A stretch of DNA of 63,544 nucleotides, the filler included, from Candidatus Woesearchaeota archaeon (lineage in GTDB: Archaea; Nanobdellota; Nanobdellia; Pacearchaeales; UBA284): NCBI GenBank assembly GCA_964354405.1. It is 6 parts of 5 records of this genome, joined end to end, with 100 filler letters (N's around TTAATTAATTAA, not from the genome) between each part and the next. Parts side by side here need not be neighbours in the genome. Positions count along the whole stretch, not along the records: positions 1 to 2,610 come from CAYGZP010000002.1; positions 2,711 to 11,375 come from CAYGZP010000003.1; 4 more parts are not named here. One strand, written 5' to 3'. Under the pieces are notes generated by a model. The model saw nothing but the letters and a program-made list of their open reading frames with translations, did no database searches and had not been told where the DNA came from. Shown here one piece after another: positions 1 through 10,073 of the stretch (within the stretch, counting starts at the first letter, position 1; every line of letters begins with the position of its first letter). The position numbers and the translations under genes were made by a program.

Positions 1-160
1 TTTTATTGTAAATATTCTCAACACTCTCGCTCAAGGCCGCGATTACCTTTGCCGCTCGTCTATAAGCTTGGGGTTTCCAGGGTTCCTCTTGCATCTCAAG
101 GATATCAGCCATCTCAAAGAAAATCTTGGCGATATCCAAATTTCTCGACAAATCTGCCAT
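1..160 (-). CDS. polX: DNA polymerase X family, N-terminal fragment (runs off contig start)
   Basis: Not in the ORF track. Manual translation MADLSRNLDIAKIFFEMADILEMQEEPWKPQAYRRAAKVIAALSESVENIYNK matches the PolX 8-kDa domain start (IA.IF.E.AD.LE......K..AYR.AA). Confidence 0.8.
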   Translation of the reverse strand, partial: MADLSRNLDIAKIFFEMADILEMQEEPWKPQAYRRAAKVIAALSESVENIYNK

Positions 161-230
161 TTTCAATTATTTTTACTGTATTTTGCCTCTTTTCTTACAA
201 AACAGAGTAATTTAACTTTAATAAATTTTT

Positions 231-246
231 TCAAAAAGTTTATAAA
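231..246 (+). promoter_or_regulatory. Archaeal BRE/TATA promoter of the MFS gene
   Basis: AAAAAG-TTTATAAA about 30 bp upstream of ATG 276. Confidence 0.6.
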
Positions 247-275
247 CATAATTTTTGTTAAATGCAAACACAAAA

Positions 276-1658
276 ATGAGGATTTCAAAAAAACAGGAAA
301 AAAAGCTCATAGAAAAGACAAAATCATTGAGCATTCGCGAAGGTTCAGCATATTCAGTAAGCGAAGGAACTGGCATGCGTTACATAACTCCATATGCTCT
401 GCAGCTTGGCGCGACTAACACACATATCGGTTTGTTGACTTCGCTTCCTTCGCTATTGGGAAACTTCTCGCAGCTTTTCGCTCCAAGACTTATGGAAAAA
501 ATCTCGAGAAAGAAAATCGCTTTTTATGGCGCCTTATTACAGGCATTTATGTGGCTTCCTGTGATATTGTTAGGGGTAATGTTTTTTATCTTCGGTATAA
601 ACTCTAATGTTACGCCCACATTATTGGTGTTAGTATACACATTGCTTGTATTATTCGGAACATTTTATGGTCCTGCATGGAACTCTTGGATGAAAGATTT
701 AGTCACAGGAAACTCAGGGAAATATTTTGGGAACAGAAACAGAATTGTAGGATTTGTCGCGCTCATTTCAATGTTAGCAGGAGGTTTCATCTTAGATTAT
801 TTCAAACAAACCAAGATTTTCATGGGTTTCATAATATTATTTGGGGTTGCCTTCATAGCAAGAGCAATTTCAGCATCTCTTTTTCTGAAAAAATACGAGC
901 CTAAACTAACTCATGAAAAAGGCTATTACTTCAGTTTCTGGCAGTTTATCAAATATATTCCAAAGAGCAACTTTGGCAAATTTACTGTGCTCATAGCACT
1001 GATGCAGCTTGCAACAGCAATTGCCTCTCCGTTCTTCGCTGTTTACATGTTGAAAGACTTGCAGTTCACATATTTACAATGGATACTCGTAACAGTGGCG
1101 AGCTCTTTTGCTTCATTGTTGTTCATGCCTCTCTGGGGCAAGTTCGCGGATTATTATGGGAACATGAAAGCAACAAAAATATGCGCTTTTCTAGTAGCTC
1201 TCGTTCCTTTATTATGGGTGGGCTCGATTTTTATTGTCAAAAGTTCGCTGCTTTCATATCTTATTGTAATTGAATCATTCTCAGGAATGGCGTGGGCGGG
1301 ATTCAATCTTGCCTCGAGCAATTTTATCTATGACGCTGTGACAAGACAAAGAATGGCATTATGTGTTGCTTATTTCAACATACTTTCAGGCATAGGGGTT
1401 TTCATAGGCGCAACATTCGGCGGTTTCATCTCTTCAATGCCTTTCGCGTTGTTTGGATTTTCTTCAATCCTAGTAATCTTTTTCATAAGTGGGATAGCAA
1501 GGTTAATCATAGCAATATTGATGACCCCAAGAGTAAAAGAAGTAAGAGAAGTTAAAAGATTTGGGATAAAAGAGGCTCGAGAGAAATTATCAGCTCTCAC
1601 TCCCGACGAGCTTTGGAGGCATTTAGAGATAAACCTCAAGCCCCAAGCAACAGATTGA
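276..1658 (+). CDS. MFS transporter
   Basis: About 12 hydrophobic segments and an MFS loop motif (WGKFADYYG). ATG 276 preferred over TTG 255. Confidence 0.85.
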   Translation: MRISKKQEKKLIEKTKSLSIREGSAYSVSEGTGMRYITPYALQLGATNTHIGLLTSLPSLLGNFSQLFAPRLMEKISRKKIAFYGALLQAFMWLPVILLGVMFFIFGINSNVTPTLLVLVYTLLVLFGTFYGPAWNSWMKDLVTGNSGKYFGNRNRIVGFVALISMLAGGFILDYFKQTKIFMGFIILFGVAFIARAISASLFLKKYEPKLTHEKGYYFSFWQFIKYIPKSNFGKFTVLIALMQLATAIASPFFAVYMLKDLQFTYLQWILVTVASSFASLLFMPLWGKFADYYGNMKATKICAFLVALVPLLWVGSIFIVKSSLLSYLIVIESFSGMAWAGFNLASSNFIYDAVTRQRMALCVAYFNILSGIGVFIGATFGGFISSMPFALFGFSSILVIFFISGIARLIIAILMTPRVKEVREVKRFGIKEAREKLSALTPDELWRHLEINLKPQATD

Positions 1659-1725
1659 TTACCGTGAGAATTTATTTCTCAAAAATAGTGAGAAAACTTT
1701 ATATACGATAAGACCCTCGAAATTT

Positions 1726-1841
1726 TGAGCAGTGGAGCAATCCCTAAGACAGTTTTTTTCCTTCGGGAATTAGATTGGAAAAAGGTTTTTTCGATCCTTC
1801 GGGATTTATAAAAATCAAAATTGGGCTTCGACACTGTCTCA
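1726..1841 (+). ncRNA. Candidate structured small RNA of unknown family
   Basis: TATA box TTTATATA at 1698-1705. The 5' end TGAGCAGTGGAGC pairs with the 3' end GCTTCGACACTGTCTCA. Two C(UUCG)G tetraloop hairpins, no ORF. Confidence 0.55.
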
Positions 1842-1877
1842 CTTTGTATCTAAATAATTCTAAAGATTCCAAAAAAT

Positions 1878-2537
1878 CTAAAAATTCATCTCTTTTTTTA
1901 CTCTTTGACAAATTTTTCTAGCCTGCACAAGTGGCTCTGGCAACTTGTGAGGTTCGCGGATGCATTTTTTTACAATCGCTACAGCTGAATTCAAGGAAAC
2001 CATGTTCCCAGGAGAGATGTAAAAAGCTTTCGAACCCTGTTTGGTTATAACTTTCTTCGCGATGATTTTACCATTAAGCAAGACATCCTCGGCTTTCTCC
2101 TTTCCCACAAGAATCTGTTTGGCTATTCCGATTACTGGCTTGTTGATGCTAACTCCAAGATGACTTGCCAGTCCCAATCCTCTTGGATGCGAAATGCCAT
2201 GAGCTTCGATAAATATTACATCCGGAGACTCTTCTAATTTGTCATAAGCAGCAAGGATAGCAGGAAGTTCGCGATATGCGCGGAAGCCGGGGATGTAAGG
2301 GAATTTTGCAGGCTTGATTGAATATTTCTCCTCGACAAGCTCCATATTCTCATCTAAAACCGAGATGCTTGCAAGAATCTCTTTAGTCTTGAGAGTCTCA
2401 AGATCAACTCCGGCGAATCTTGTGGCATTGGCAAAATCAAAAGCATCTTTCAACACAACAATTTTCGAGAGCTTCTCCTGCTCTTTCTTCAAAGCTTTTA
2501 TATCAATGCCTCTTTCAACTGCCTCTTTTTCTAACAT
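1878..2537 (-). CDS. nfi: Endonuclease V
   Basis: AGVD, FPYIPGFRAYRE, HGISHPRGLGLASHLG, IGIAK and KLPEP motifs. ATG 2537 is the likely start. Confidence 0.9.
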   Translation of the reverse strand: MLEKEAVERGIDIKALKKEQEKLSKIVVLKDAFDFANATRFAGVDLETLKTKEILASISVLDENMELVEEKYSIKPAKFPYIPGFRAYRELPAILAAYDKLEESPDVIFIEAHGISHPRGLGLASHLGVSINKPVIGIAKQILVGKEKAEDVLLNGKIIAKKVITKQGSKAFYISPGNMVSLNSAVAIVKKCIREPHKLPEPLVQARKICQRVKKEMNF

Positions 2538-2610
2538 GATTATACCAAGAAAAAAGATATTAAAAAAGTTGTGGTTTTCTAATGCGATAATCCTTATAAA
2601 TCTCACAATT

Positions 2611-2710
2611 NNNNNNNNNNNNNNNNNNNNNNNNNNNNNNNNNNNNNNNNNNNNTTAATTAATTAANNNNNNNNNNNNNNNNNNNNNNNNNNNNNNNNNN
2701 NNNNNNNNNN
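2611..2710. other. Artificial contig linker
   Basis: N44-TTAATTAATTAA-N44 (stop codons in all six frames). Confidence 0.99.
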
Positions 2711-2805
2711 ACATTCTGACCAAGTTTAGCCAAAGAATCTCCAACCCATGCGGTAGATTCCGATGAGCGATTGGTTCCCTGCATTATGAGTTCTGCGATA
2801 GACAT
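2711..2805 (-). CDS. Phage virion/ejection protein, 5' fragment (runs off contig)
   Basis: MSIAELIMQGTNRSSESTAWVGDSLAKLGQN starts 3 bp after the stop of the upstream gene. Confidence 0.6.
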
Positions 2806-2808
2806 AAA

Positions 2809-3891
2809 TTATGCGTTGTAGTAGTATCCACCAGCACCTTTTTGTGGTTGATAGTATTGAATTTGGCTTACAGGAACTCCATAGGCTTTTGCTGCCTGCG
2901 CTCCCGTTCCATAAAATCCAGTTGCAGTATTCAAACCTGATGTCCCTGCGCCTGCGCCCTGTGCTGCTCCAAGTTGACCAAGCGCACCACTCATTCCCAT
3001 CAACGCGCCAGAAGTAGCCTTACCGATGTCAGAGACACCTTGGCCGACTGCCTGCTGTGCTGCGTAACTTGCGGCGGCATTTTCTTTGTTTGCTCCGTAG
3101 ATTTGCGTGGCCAATCCAGATTGAGCATTGAAGATGTTGTTATACATATCAGATGTCATTCTTGCTTTTTGCAATCCAACTTCTGCTCCTGCTGATTGAT
3201 AGCCAAGTTGTAGTCTACCTACATCCAATGGTTCTGCTGTAAATGCTTTAGCTAATTGCTGCCAGTTCATTGCTGTGTTTTGAACTGATGGCATTGCTGC
3301 CAATCCTCGGCCTTGAATATCAAGAGAAGTCAATCCAAGGTTACGAGCGAATTGTCCTTGTGCTGCTTGGAATCCACCTGCTTGTCCTGCGGTTGCTGGA
3401 TTGAACCCTGCTCCTGCACTCTCGGCGACATTACGCATGATCTGGTCTTTGACATCTTGTGGGACTTCTCCTTTAAGATATTGCGAGATAACATCCATCG
3501 CCTGCCCAACTTGATTAGTAGCTTGCTGGCGTTGTTGTGCTGCTCCGGGTTGGAATTGTTCAAGTTGCTGTTGATAGTAATTTGAAATCTTACCAGCGTC
3601 ACCAAGCATTGATTTAAGATTATACTCTGGAGCTTTGACTTTTTTAATCATCCCTTGGACCTGTTGCTGTCCTTGTTCGTATCCAGCAACCGCTTGTCTT
3701 TGTTGTTTCTTAAATGCTCCTGCTGCTGCGCCTTGAGCCTTCTTTGCCCTATCTGCCGCCGACATAGAAATAGCCGCTGACCCTGCCGCTGCACCTACAG
3801 CAACTACACCAGCAGCAATAGCGAATCCGCTACTATGAAACATCTGTGAATGTTTATCGTTGCCTAATGGGTCTGGTAAAAGAAATCTCAT
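2809..3891 (-). CDS. Phage internal virion / DNA ejection (pilot-like) protein
   Basis: Ala/Gly/Gln-rich with a hydrophobic N-terminus, downstream of tail genes. ATGA overlap with the upstream stop. Confidence 0.6.
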   Translation of the reverse strand: MRFLLPDPLGNDKHSQMFHSSGFAIAAGVVAVGAAAGSAAISMSAADRAKKAQGAAAGAFKKQQRQAVAGYEQGQQQVQGMIKKVKAPEYNLKSMLGDAGKISNYYQQQLEQFQPGAAQQRQQATNQVGQAMDVISQYLKGEVPQDVKDQIMRNVAESAGAGFNPATAGQAGGFQAAQGQFARNLGLTSLDIQGRGLAAMPSVQNTAMNWQQLAKAFTAEPLDVGRLQLGYQSAGAEVGLQKARMTSDMYNNIFNAQSGLATQIYGANKENAAASYAAQQAVGQGVSDIGKATSGALMGMSGALGQLGAAQGAGAGTSGLNTATGFYGTGAQAAKAYGVPVSQIQYYQPQKGAGGYYYNA

Positions 3892-4376
3892 TTGATTAAG
3901 TCGGTTCGGTTGTGCCGCCACTTCTGCACCCTTGGGTCTTCCTTGGCGATGTGGGGATTAAAGTCTCTTGAAGTGATGCTGTCAATAATTTCGTCTGGAT
4001 CAGTTAAGTCTGTGACATGGCAGGTAGTCCAGATTGTATCTTTGTGAGTGGCAAGCATACGCCTTGTTCCTGCTTCTGTAATGCCACTGTAGCCTGTTTT
4101 GTAGCGGTGGGCAGGGATGCCATGATACCAGACAGTTACATCGCCTTTCATTACGAAGAATGGATGCGTAGTTAGGTGGAGTAAACTTGTGAGAATTGTA
4201 TCCTTCGGCATATAGATTTCCCGAATATACAACCCCGGCGTGAACCTATGAATCAACGGACATTCCCGTGGAGGCAGTTTAAGAATCTCCAAATCCATCA
4301 GATTGAGTTCGTAGTCTGGATCACCATATCCAACCACGTTCCTCGCATCAATCTTGTCTGGAATTGTCAGCGTCAT
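3888..4376 (-). CDS. Phage cupin-fold protein
   Basis: HRFTPGLYIREIYMP...H...H...KGDV pattern, typical of the cupin-like gene next to podoviral ejection genes. Confidence 0.6.
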   Translation of the reverse strand: MTLTIPDKIDARNVVGYGDPDYELNLMDLEILKLPPRECPLIHRFTPGLYIREIYMPKDTILTSLLHLTTHPFFVMKGDVTVWYHGIPAHRYKTGYSGITEAGTRRMLATHKDTIWTTCHVTDLTDPDEIIDSITSRDFNPHIAKEDPRVQKWRHNRTDLIK

Positions 4377-5335
4377 CGGTAGAGGAAGTAATCATTCGGT
4401 GATGGTGACAATAGATCAGAACCGATTAGGTTTTCTGCCCTGCTATAGTTAGAGAAGCGGATTGGCGCGGCAGTTGGAATCTCTACGTTCTCCATTTCCT
4501 TTTCTTGTTCTTGCACGGCTAATGCCAGGTTTTGCATGAACTCTTGCGCTTTACGATTCTCACGCGAGTTCAATGCAAGAACCGCATAGATCATTGCATC
4601 CGCATTAAACTCCAACAATTCTTTCGGATCAGTCAGGTCGAAGTATTTTTTCGATGCGTAGAGCGTGATACACTCGCACGTCCTCGGTGCTTTGAATCTA
4701 CGGAATGTAGGATGAGCGTCATTCGGTTGATAGATAGCAATGAGCGTCTTTGCCTCCAACGTAGTATCATAAGCGTAAACGCGAATCCTGCCTTTGGTTA
4801 CTGGCTTGGTTACTCCCCGAATCCCTTTTACAAGAAGTTCGGATTTAGCCAGCGTCGGAGGATTGGCAGTAGTTACTTTGACTTTGTGGTAGGTGTCATA
4901 CTGATCTTGCGCTTCAAACATCAACTCAACGCCGATGTCTTCAGTTTCCTCTGCCATTACCCCGATTTGATATGGATGCGTTGTGTAATCTCGGAAGAGA
5001 ACGTGAAGTCCCCCGACTTCTACGATTCCTCTATGGCATGAATTGCCTGCTTGCAAAGCAAAAGCATTCGTAGCATTGAACCATTCATCGCTTAAACTAA
5101 CAGAGTCATTTCCAATCCAAGCGAGTTTGATTTGCTCATAGCGAGACGGAAGCGTGAAACAATCGTTCACGCAACAAATCTGGACATACTCTTCTTGCGA
5201 AGTCCAGCTTCTCTTGTTCCACAACAATCGTCTCGCTTGGTTTACGGCTTTAACGGCTCTGTCATAAGAACAAACGCCTGAATCGCCGACGAACCCCTTG
5301 ACGACTTCAACCATCTCTTCGAGGGTATCAGCCAT
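4373..5335 (-). CDS. Putative head-tail adaptor / tail tubular protein A-like
   Basis: Size, position and N-terminal AVKAVNQARRLLW helix. Confidence 0.45.
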   Translation of the reverse strand: MADTLEEMVEVVKGFVGDSGVCSYDRAVKAVNQARRLLWNKRSWTSQEEYVQICCVNDCFTLPSRYEQIKLAWIGNDSVSLSDEWFNATNAFALQAGNSCHRGIVEVGGLHVLFRDYTTHPYQIGVMAEETEDIGVELMFEAQDQYDTYHKVKVTTANPPTLAKSELLVKGIRGVTKPVTKGRIRVYAYDTTLEAKTLIAIYQPNDAHPTFRRFKAPRTCECITLYASKKYFDLTDPKELLEFNADAMIYAVLALNSRENRKAQEFMQNLALAVQEQEKEMENVEIPTAAPIRFSNYSRAENLIGSDLLSPSPNDYFLYR

Positions 5336-5354
5336 AGGTTATCGTTACCGATAA

Positions 5355-5519
5355 TTATTTTCCGCCAACTGGCTTGCCAGATTTTGGAAGCGGTGCGCTG
5401 GAGTATGGATTCTTGCCAGTGTTAGGTGGGTTCATATTGCCCATGCCTTCACGGATCATTCCACGGGTGCTTGCGCCTCCGCTAACTAACTTTGGGTCGG
5501 TTCCTTTTAGTGGTGTCAT
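5355..5519 (-). CDS. Small phage protein (54 aa)
   Basis: MTPLKGTDPKLVSGG...KPVGGK* fills the gap in the operon; below the ORF-track cutoff. Confidence 0.55.
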   Translation of the reverse strand: MTPLKGTDPKLVSGGASTRGMIREGMGNMNPPNTGKNPYSSAPLPKSGKPVGGK

Positions 5520-5546
5520 ATATTTAATTTTCTATGGCTTGGTTTA

Positions 5547-6044
5547 TTACAAAGCGTGAATTGCCATCCATTCAACGCTTGTTATTTCCGCAATGTTATT
5601 TTCAATGCGGATCGAAAATCCTGTAGTAGTTTTGCTTCCTACATTTAATGAGAAAAGTGGTGTGGGCTGAACTCCAATTGTAGCAGAACAAACTGGAGTA
5701 ATTGATACTGCATAGTTTGCGGTTGGAAGCGCAGCAAATGTTACAGTTCTTACAGAGTCTCCTGTAGTTACTCCAGTAATTGTTCCAACTCTTATTGTGC
5801 TAGTTTCAATCGTAGTAACCCTAACTTCTAACGCATCAATTTCATTCTGCTGATTAGCGAGAGTTTGATTGATTTGTGAAATTTGCTGTGGAGTTACATC
5901 GCCAAGACCCGGAACGAGAATTGTTCCATTGGAAAGAACCTCATCAATGAATGCTTGGAACACATTTTGCCAGTTACCAGTTGGACAAAAATCGTCTGGA
6001 ACATTTGGAAAGGTAAGTGCAGGGCTGCTGTCGGCGTTGTCCAT
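5547..6044 (-). CDS. Phage tail-associated protein (short coiled coil plus C-terminal lectin/gp53-like beta domain)
   Basis: TVTF...PTANYAVSITP...KTTTGFSI...WMAI pattern. ATG 6044. Confidence 0.5.
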   Translation of the reverse strand: MDNADSSPALTFPNVPDDFCPTGNWQNVFQAFIDEVLSNGTILVPGLGDVTPQQISQINQTLANQQNEIDALEVRVTTIETSTIRVGTITGVTTGDSVRTVTFAALPTANYAVSITPVCSATIGVQPTPLFSLNVGSKTTTGFSIRIENNIAEITSVEWMAIHAL

Positions 6045-6046
6045 AG

Positions 6047-7891
6047 CTAATTTACGATATTGTATTCCCAATATTTTTCTTGGCAACAAGAAAATGGTTC
6101 ACATTCTTGATTTTCTTCTGGGCAGTCACCAACTGGAGAATCGTCGTTGTTCTTGATGTTTGCCATTAACCTTACTCGGTCAACTGTAGCTGCGCCAGTG
6201 AGATTTACTTTAATTTGGAACTCGCTGCCCTCTACCGATGGGATACCTGCCAAATCATTACACTCACTTGGGTCTGGAGTGTTAAATTTGTAGCGTTTGT
6301 AGCGATTACCACCTCTCTGTGGAATACATTCAGTTACTTGTGGTGAACATGAATTACAACCGAATGTCGTAGGAACTTTGAGTTGTGACCAGCATGGATT
6401 AGAGTCAGAACGAAAATCAACATAACTATCTACTTCCCCTTTGATCTCACTCATCCACATTTCTCCACCAGTAATTTTTTTGCGGAGGAACTTATTCGTA
6501 GTTCCACTTCGGTTGAAGTCATACCTTCCTGTGGTAAAAAAGGATTCAATCTGCCTGCTTCCATTTGGGCCGTAATCGTCGCCTTGTGAAGCAGTAAATT
6601 CGTAGAGTCGATTCTTGTTGTCTTTATCAAACGAGAATCCAAATCCTCGCTTCTCACTTTGGATTAGTGCTGTGAGTAGCTGAGTTGGTCTAAAGCCTGT
6701 CCAGATGCCATTCCAGCGAAAAGAAAGCTGTGCGTCTGGTGCGGGTGAAGATGATTGGTCAAGGTCAAGAACTACCATTCCCCTATGATACCTATTCAAT
6801 CCTTCTACCCCTGCCGCACGATATGTCTGTGGTGCTACTGTGCTGATCAGATAGTTATTAAAGAACATCGTAGAAGCGAATTGTTTCAGCCAAGGTGTGT
6901 CGTTCGTAACCCATTTGTTTACTTCCCTCGATAGTTTACGAAGTGAGAAGTATCGTGCGAACTCAGATTGGCTATTGGAGTAGAATGCCCAACCATCGTG
7001 TGACCTAAACCAAAGTTCCGAGTTTGCCAATCCCAAGTATGGGCTTGTGCATCCGCGCCCAAGTAATGAGATGCGCTGGATGTTCGATGTATTCCATTGA
7101 CTTCTTGGTATAGACACATCCATTGAGAATGCTCCGTTACCAGTTAGGATAACAAGTTCACCTTGGCCGCGCAAGTTAGTTCCAATCTGTGGCATTACTT
7201 TCATGCCAGTGATATTCCCCATCATTGCTGGGGTAGAGAACGCGCCACCTTCTGCCCAGTATCCTATCTCTGTGAAGTTCTCGGTATTCTTGGTATCTGT
7301 AAATCCATTACCATAGATAATGTCAGATGCGTAGATTTGATTGAACTTGTCAGAGACAAAAACTCGCCCGAAAGCGTATTCCATCACAGTTCCAATCGGC
7401 ATCTTGGCGAGGTATGGATTCAACCGATAAGCTGGAATTGATAAATCACCATCCCATGCTATCGCATTTTGGTATCCGTTTTGGATATAAACTCGATCTT
7501 CGGCTTGCACGAACCATGTGTGCATCATGCCCGGATCGTTCCCTTCGATGATTTTGTAAGCTGTTGCGCTGTTGTTTACGATCTTCAGAAAGTAGATCGT
7601 TCCAGATACCGAAATCAGTATTCCATCAGCGGAGTTGTAATTTACTGCCCTATACGGATACGCCCCTTGAAAGTTTCCGTTCTCAATATCGTTAACGATA
7701 GTCGCGGATTGCCCTACTCCTGCAAGAATCGGGATATTCCGAATACTTGGTCTTGTTCGGTTTATACCTCCTCGGAATGTCCTATTAACTGACTCTGATA
7801 CAAAAGACTCTGGCAAATACGATGGGTGAGTATCCGCGTCTTGTGCAATGATACTTGTGAACCCATCAAAAACTGATCCTTCTGCTGGCAT
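6047..7891 (-). CDS. Tail tubular protein B / nozzle-stabilisation protein
   Basis: 614 aa, beta-propeller-like sequence, position in a podoviral tail module. Confidence 0.55.
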   Translation of the reverse strand: MPAEGSVFDGFTSIIAQDADTHPSYLPESFVSESVNRTFRGGINRTRPSIRNIPILAGVGQSATIVNDIENGNFQGAYPYRAVNYNSADGILISVSGTIYFLKIVNNSATAYKIIEGNDPGMMHTWFVQAEDRVYIQNGYQNAIAWDGDLSIPAYRLNPYLAKMPIGTVMEYAFGRVFVSDKFNQIYASDIIYGNGFTDTKNTENFTEIGYWAEGGAFSTPAMMGNITGMKVMPQIGTNLRGQGELVILTGNGAFSMDVSIPRSQWNTSNIQRISLLGRGCTSPYLGLANSELWFRSHDGWAFYSNSQSEFARYFSLRKLSREVNKWVTNDTPWLKQFASTMFFNNYLISTVAPQTYRAAGVEGLNRYHRGMVVLDLDQSSSPAPDAQLSFRWNGIWTGFRPTQLLTALIQSEKRGFGFSFDKDNKNRLYEFTASQGDDYGPNGSRQIESFFTTGRYDFNRSGTTNKFLRKKITGGEMWMSEIKGEVDSYVDFRSDSNPCWSQLKVPTTFGCNSCSPQVTECIPQRGGNRYKRYKFNTPDPSECNDLAGIPSVEGSEFQIKVNLTGAATVDRVRLMANIKNNDDSPVGDCPEENQECEPFSCCQEKYWEYNIVN

Positions 7892-8760
7892 TATGCGTTG
7901 ACACTCTTGATTACAATAAATCGCAATGTCAGTGTTTCAGATAAACTTGCTGCTGTGATATTCCTAATTACAATGTTTGCATTACCTGCCGCTGGAGCTA
8001 CTGCAAAATTGTATGATCCAAGCGTTCCTCCAGATACATGACTTACAATTATAATATCAGTAGCCTCAATAACCGAATTGCTCAAGTTAAATGTAACAGC
8101 AGTATTAGCTGCGAGTGCCGCACTATCGGTAACGATAATTCCAGTAGGACGATTGAGTGTAACAGCATTTGTTTTTGCCCCTGCACCTTGATTAATTGAC
8201 CCGCCAGCACCAGTATCGTATCCAATCTTGGATGAATTGCCATTAGCAAGAATAGTGTTGTTTGACGCTATTGTGCTATTCACAATAAGCGCACCAGTCA
8301 TTGTATCTCCAGCCTTGTTGAGCTTTAGAGCATCAGCAGTATCTACATATTGCTTTGTTGTTGCTTGAAGATTTGTGGTTGGATTTGCGGCGAGAGTTAC
8401 ACTTGCTGCCGTTACTACTCCAGTAGCAGTCACGCTTGCTGCATTAATTGATCCAGTAGTAGTCAGTGATTGGCTCCCAAGATCAACTGGTGCAGATTGG
8501 AGGAGACTATTCAGCGTAGCAAACTCAACACTACCAGTAGATGTTTTCCGAAGAACGGTATTATTCGCCCCATTAGTCCACGATATTGTCCCATTTGCGT
8601 TGGATATGAGAGCCTGTCCAGATGGCGGTGTCTGAAGAGTCCTATCACAAGCGGAAGAATCTTCTACAACCAATCTTTTAGCAATTCCTGTAAGCTCGCG
8701 GGGTTCGCAAAATAATGGATACTCAGTATCACAAGGAGGCGCGGGTGTGCATGGAGTCAT
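7891..8760 (-). CDS. Tail fibre protein
   Basis: ATTKQYVD and KAGDTMTGAL fibre motifs; Thr/Ala-rich. Confidence 0.7.
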   Translation of the reverse strand: MTPCTPAPPCDTEYPLFCEPRELTGIAKRLVVEDSSACDRTLQTPPSGQALISNANGTISWTNGANNTVLRKTSTGSVEFATLNSLLQSAPVDLGSQSLTTTGSINAASVTATGVVTAASVTLAANPTTNLQATTKQYVDTADALKLNKAGDTMTGALIVNSTIASNNTILANGNSSKIGYDTGAGGSINQGAGAKTNAVTLNRPTGIIVTDSAALAANTAVTFNLSNSVIEATDIIIVSHVSGGTLGSYNFAVAPAAGNANIVIRNITAASLSETLTLRFIVIKSVNA

Positions 8761-8765
8761 AGTAT

Positions 8766-9170
8766 TTAATTTAGAATGTTAGGCCAAGTTGCTTTAATTC
8801 CAGCAAGATCATCTGGAAGCGGAGTCAAAGTAACGTCGCGGAGTACTTGCTTTGCGGCAATGATTTCAACTTTTTTAACTTCATCATTAACCTCAACTGC
8901 CTTTATAAAGTCAATGTCGAGTTTTGCAAGTTTTGGTGCGCGAGCATTACGGAACTTGTCGAGATGGATAGCCTTGGCTTTCTCAATGTTTATTCTTGCG
9001 CCAAGCGCAATGTCAAACTCGTATGCGTTGAAATAGTCGTTATCAATGTCAACTGATTCGACGATCTTGTATGGAATCCCAAGCGGAACATCTTTGATTG
9101 CGTCATTAACATTACTAGTAGGAATGACTACTGCTATTTGATTGTTTGGTTGTGGGTAAGTGATAAACAT
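8766..9170 (-). CDS. Tail fibre assembly/chaperone-like protein
   Basis: R.AR...LAKLD...KQ.LRDVT...WP motif; lies between fibre genes. Confidence 0.55.
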   Translation of the reverse strand: MFITYPQPNNQIAVVIPTSNVNDAIKDVPLGIPYKIVESVDIDNDYFNAYEFDIALGARINIEKAKAIHLDKFRNARAPKLAKLDIDFIKAVEVNDEVKKVEIIAAKQVLRDVTLTPLPDDLAGIKATWPNILN

Positions 9171-9174
9171 AAGA

Positions 9175-10044
9175 TTAGTTTCCGAAGATTTGGAAGCAAG
9201 ATGTTGCTACATCATATAAATTATTAGTATAATCACCAGTTCTTACCCTCACGGCAGATGATGTATATGTTCCGCCAGATGCGAGAAATGCTGTCATAGC
9301 ACTTGTTCCTGTTGTAATTCCAGTAATTGAATAATTCACATCAGTCATCGCAGTAGTAAAATTCACAGTATAATCACCAGTTGCATTTTTCGTAACGCTG
9401 GAGACGTTGTAGCTGGAGCGGATGGTTGGGGGTGATGTAGTGCCATTAAAATTCACCCATGCTTTGGCAAGTTGAATTTGATTAACAATTCCAGTTGCTC
9501 CCGTTGCGCCTTGAGGCCCAGTTGCTCCTGCGCCTGTAGCTCCCGTTGCACCAGTTGCGCCTCCGGGTGATCCAGTAGCTCCAGTAATACCTGTGGCTCC
9601 AGTAGCTCCCGCACCCGGCCCTGTAGCACCTTGAGGCCCAATTATACCTGTTGCACCAGTAGCACCGATAGGGCCACCGCTTGCGCCAGTAGCTCCTGTT
9701 TTACCATTTAGCGAGACAATGACAATTTCATCCCCAGATGGGACAGGATTGTTCATCGTAATGGTATAGGGGACTCCAAATGTGATTGTATAGTCCAATG
9801 GGTCTTGGACGACTCCATCAATCGTTACCAAAAATGATGCGCTATTTGTTGTTCCAGCCCCATCAATATTGAATGTATCTTCAACCCCATCGCCAATATA
9901 TCCCCAGCGAATTCCTCCACCAGTCTCTGAAGCAGATATGGCTATACGAGCATAGTAAGCTGCACGATCCGCAATAGAATTAATTGCCGCCTCACTTGGG
10001 CCGCACGGATTGCATTTAGAACTTCTGGAATTTCCACAACTCAT
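9175..10044 (-). CDS. Collagen-like tail fibre protein
   Basis: G-A-T triplet repeats; C-terminal AKAWVNFNG...SYNVSSVT...GDYTVNF domain. Confidence 0.75.
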   Translation of the reverse strand: MSCGNSRSSKCNPCGPSEAAINSIADRAAYYARIAISASETGGGIRWGYIGDGVEDTFNIDGAGTTNSASFLVTIDGVVQDPLDYTITFGVPYTITMNNPVPSGDEIVIVSLNGKTGATGASGGPIGATGATGIIGPQGATGPGAGATGATGITGATGSPGGATGATGATGAGATGPQGATGATGIVNQIQLAKAWVNFNGTTSPPTIRSSYNVSSVTKNATGDYTVNFTTAMTDVNYSITGITTGTSAMTAFLASGGTYTSSAVRVRTGDYTNNLYDVATSCFQIFGN

Positions 10045-10073
10045 ATTGTTTATATATTGATTGTTTTTTATTC

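Noticed and set aside
2611..2710. Palindromic TTAATTAATTAA within N runs (five times)
   Set aside because: Identical artificial six-frame-stop linker, not biology. ORFs running into it are truncated.
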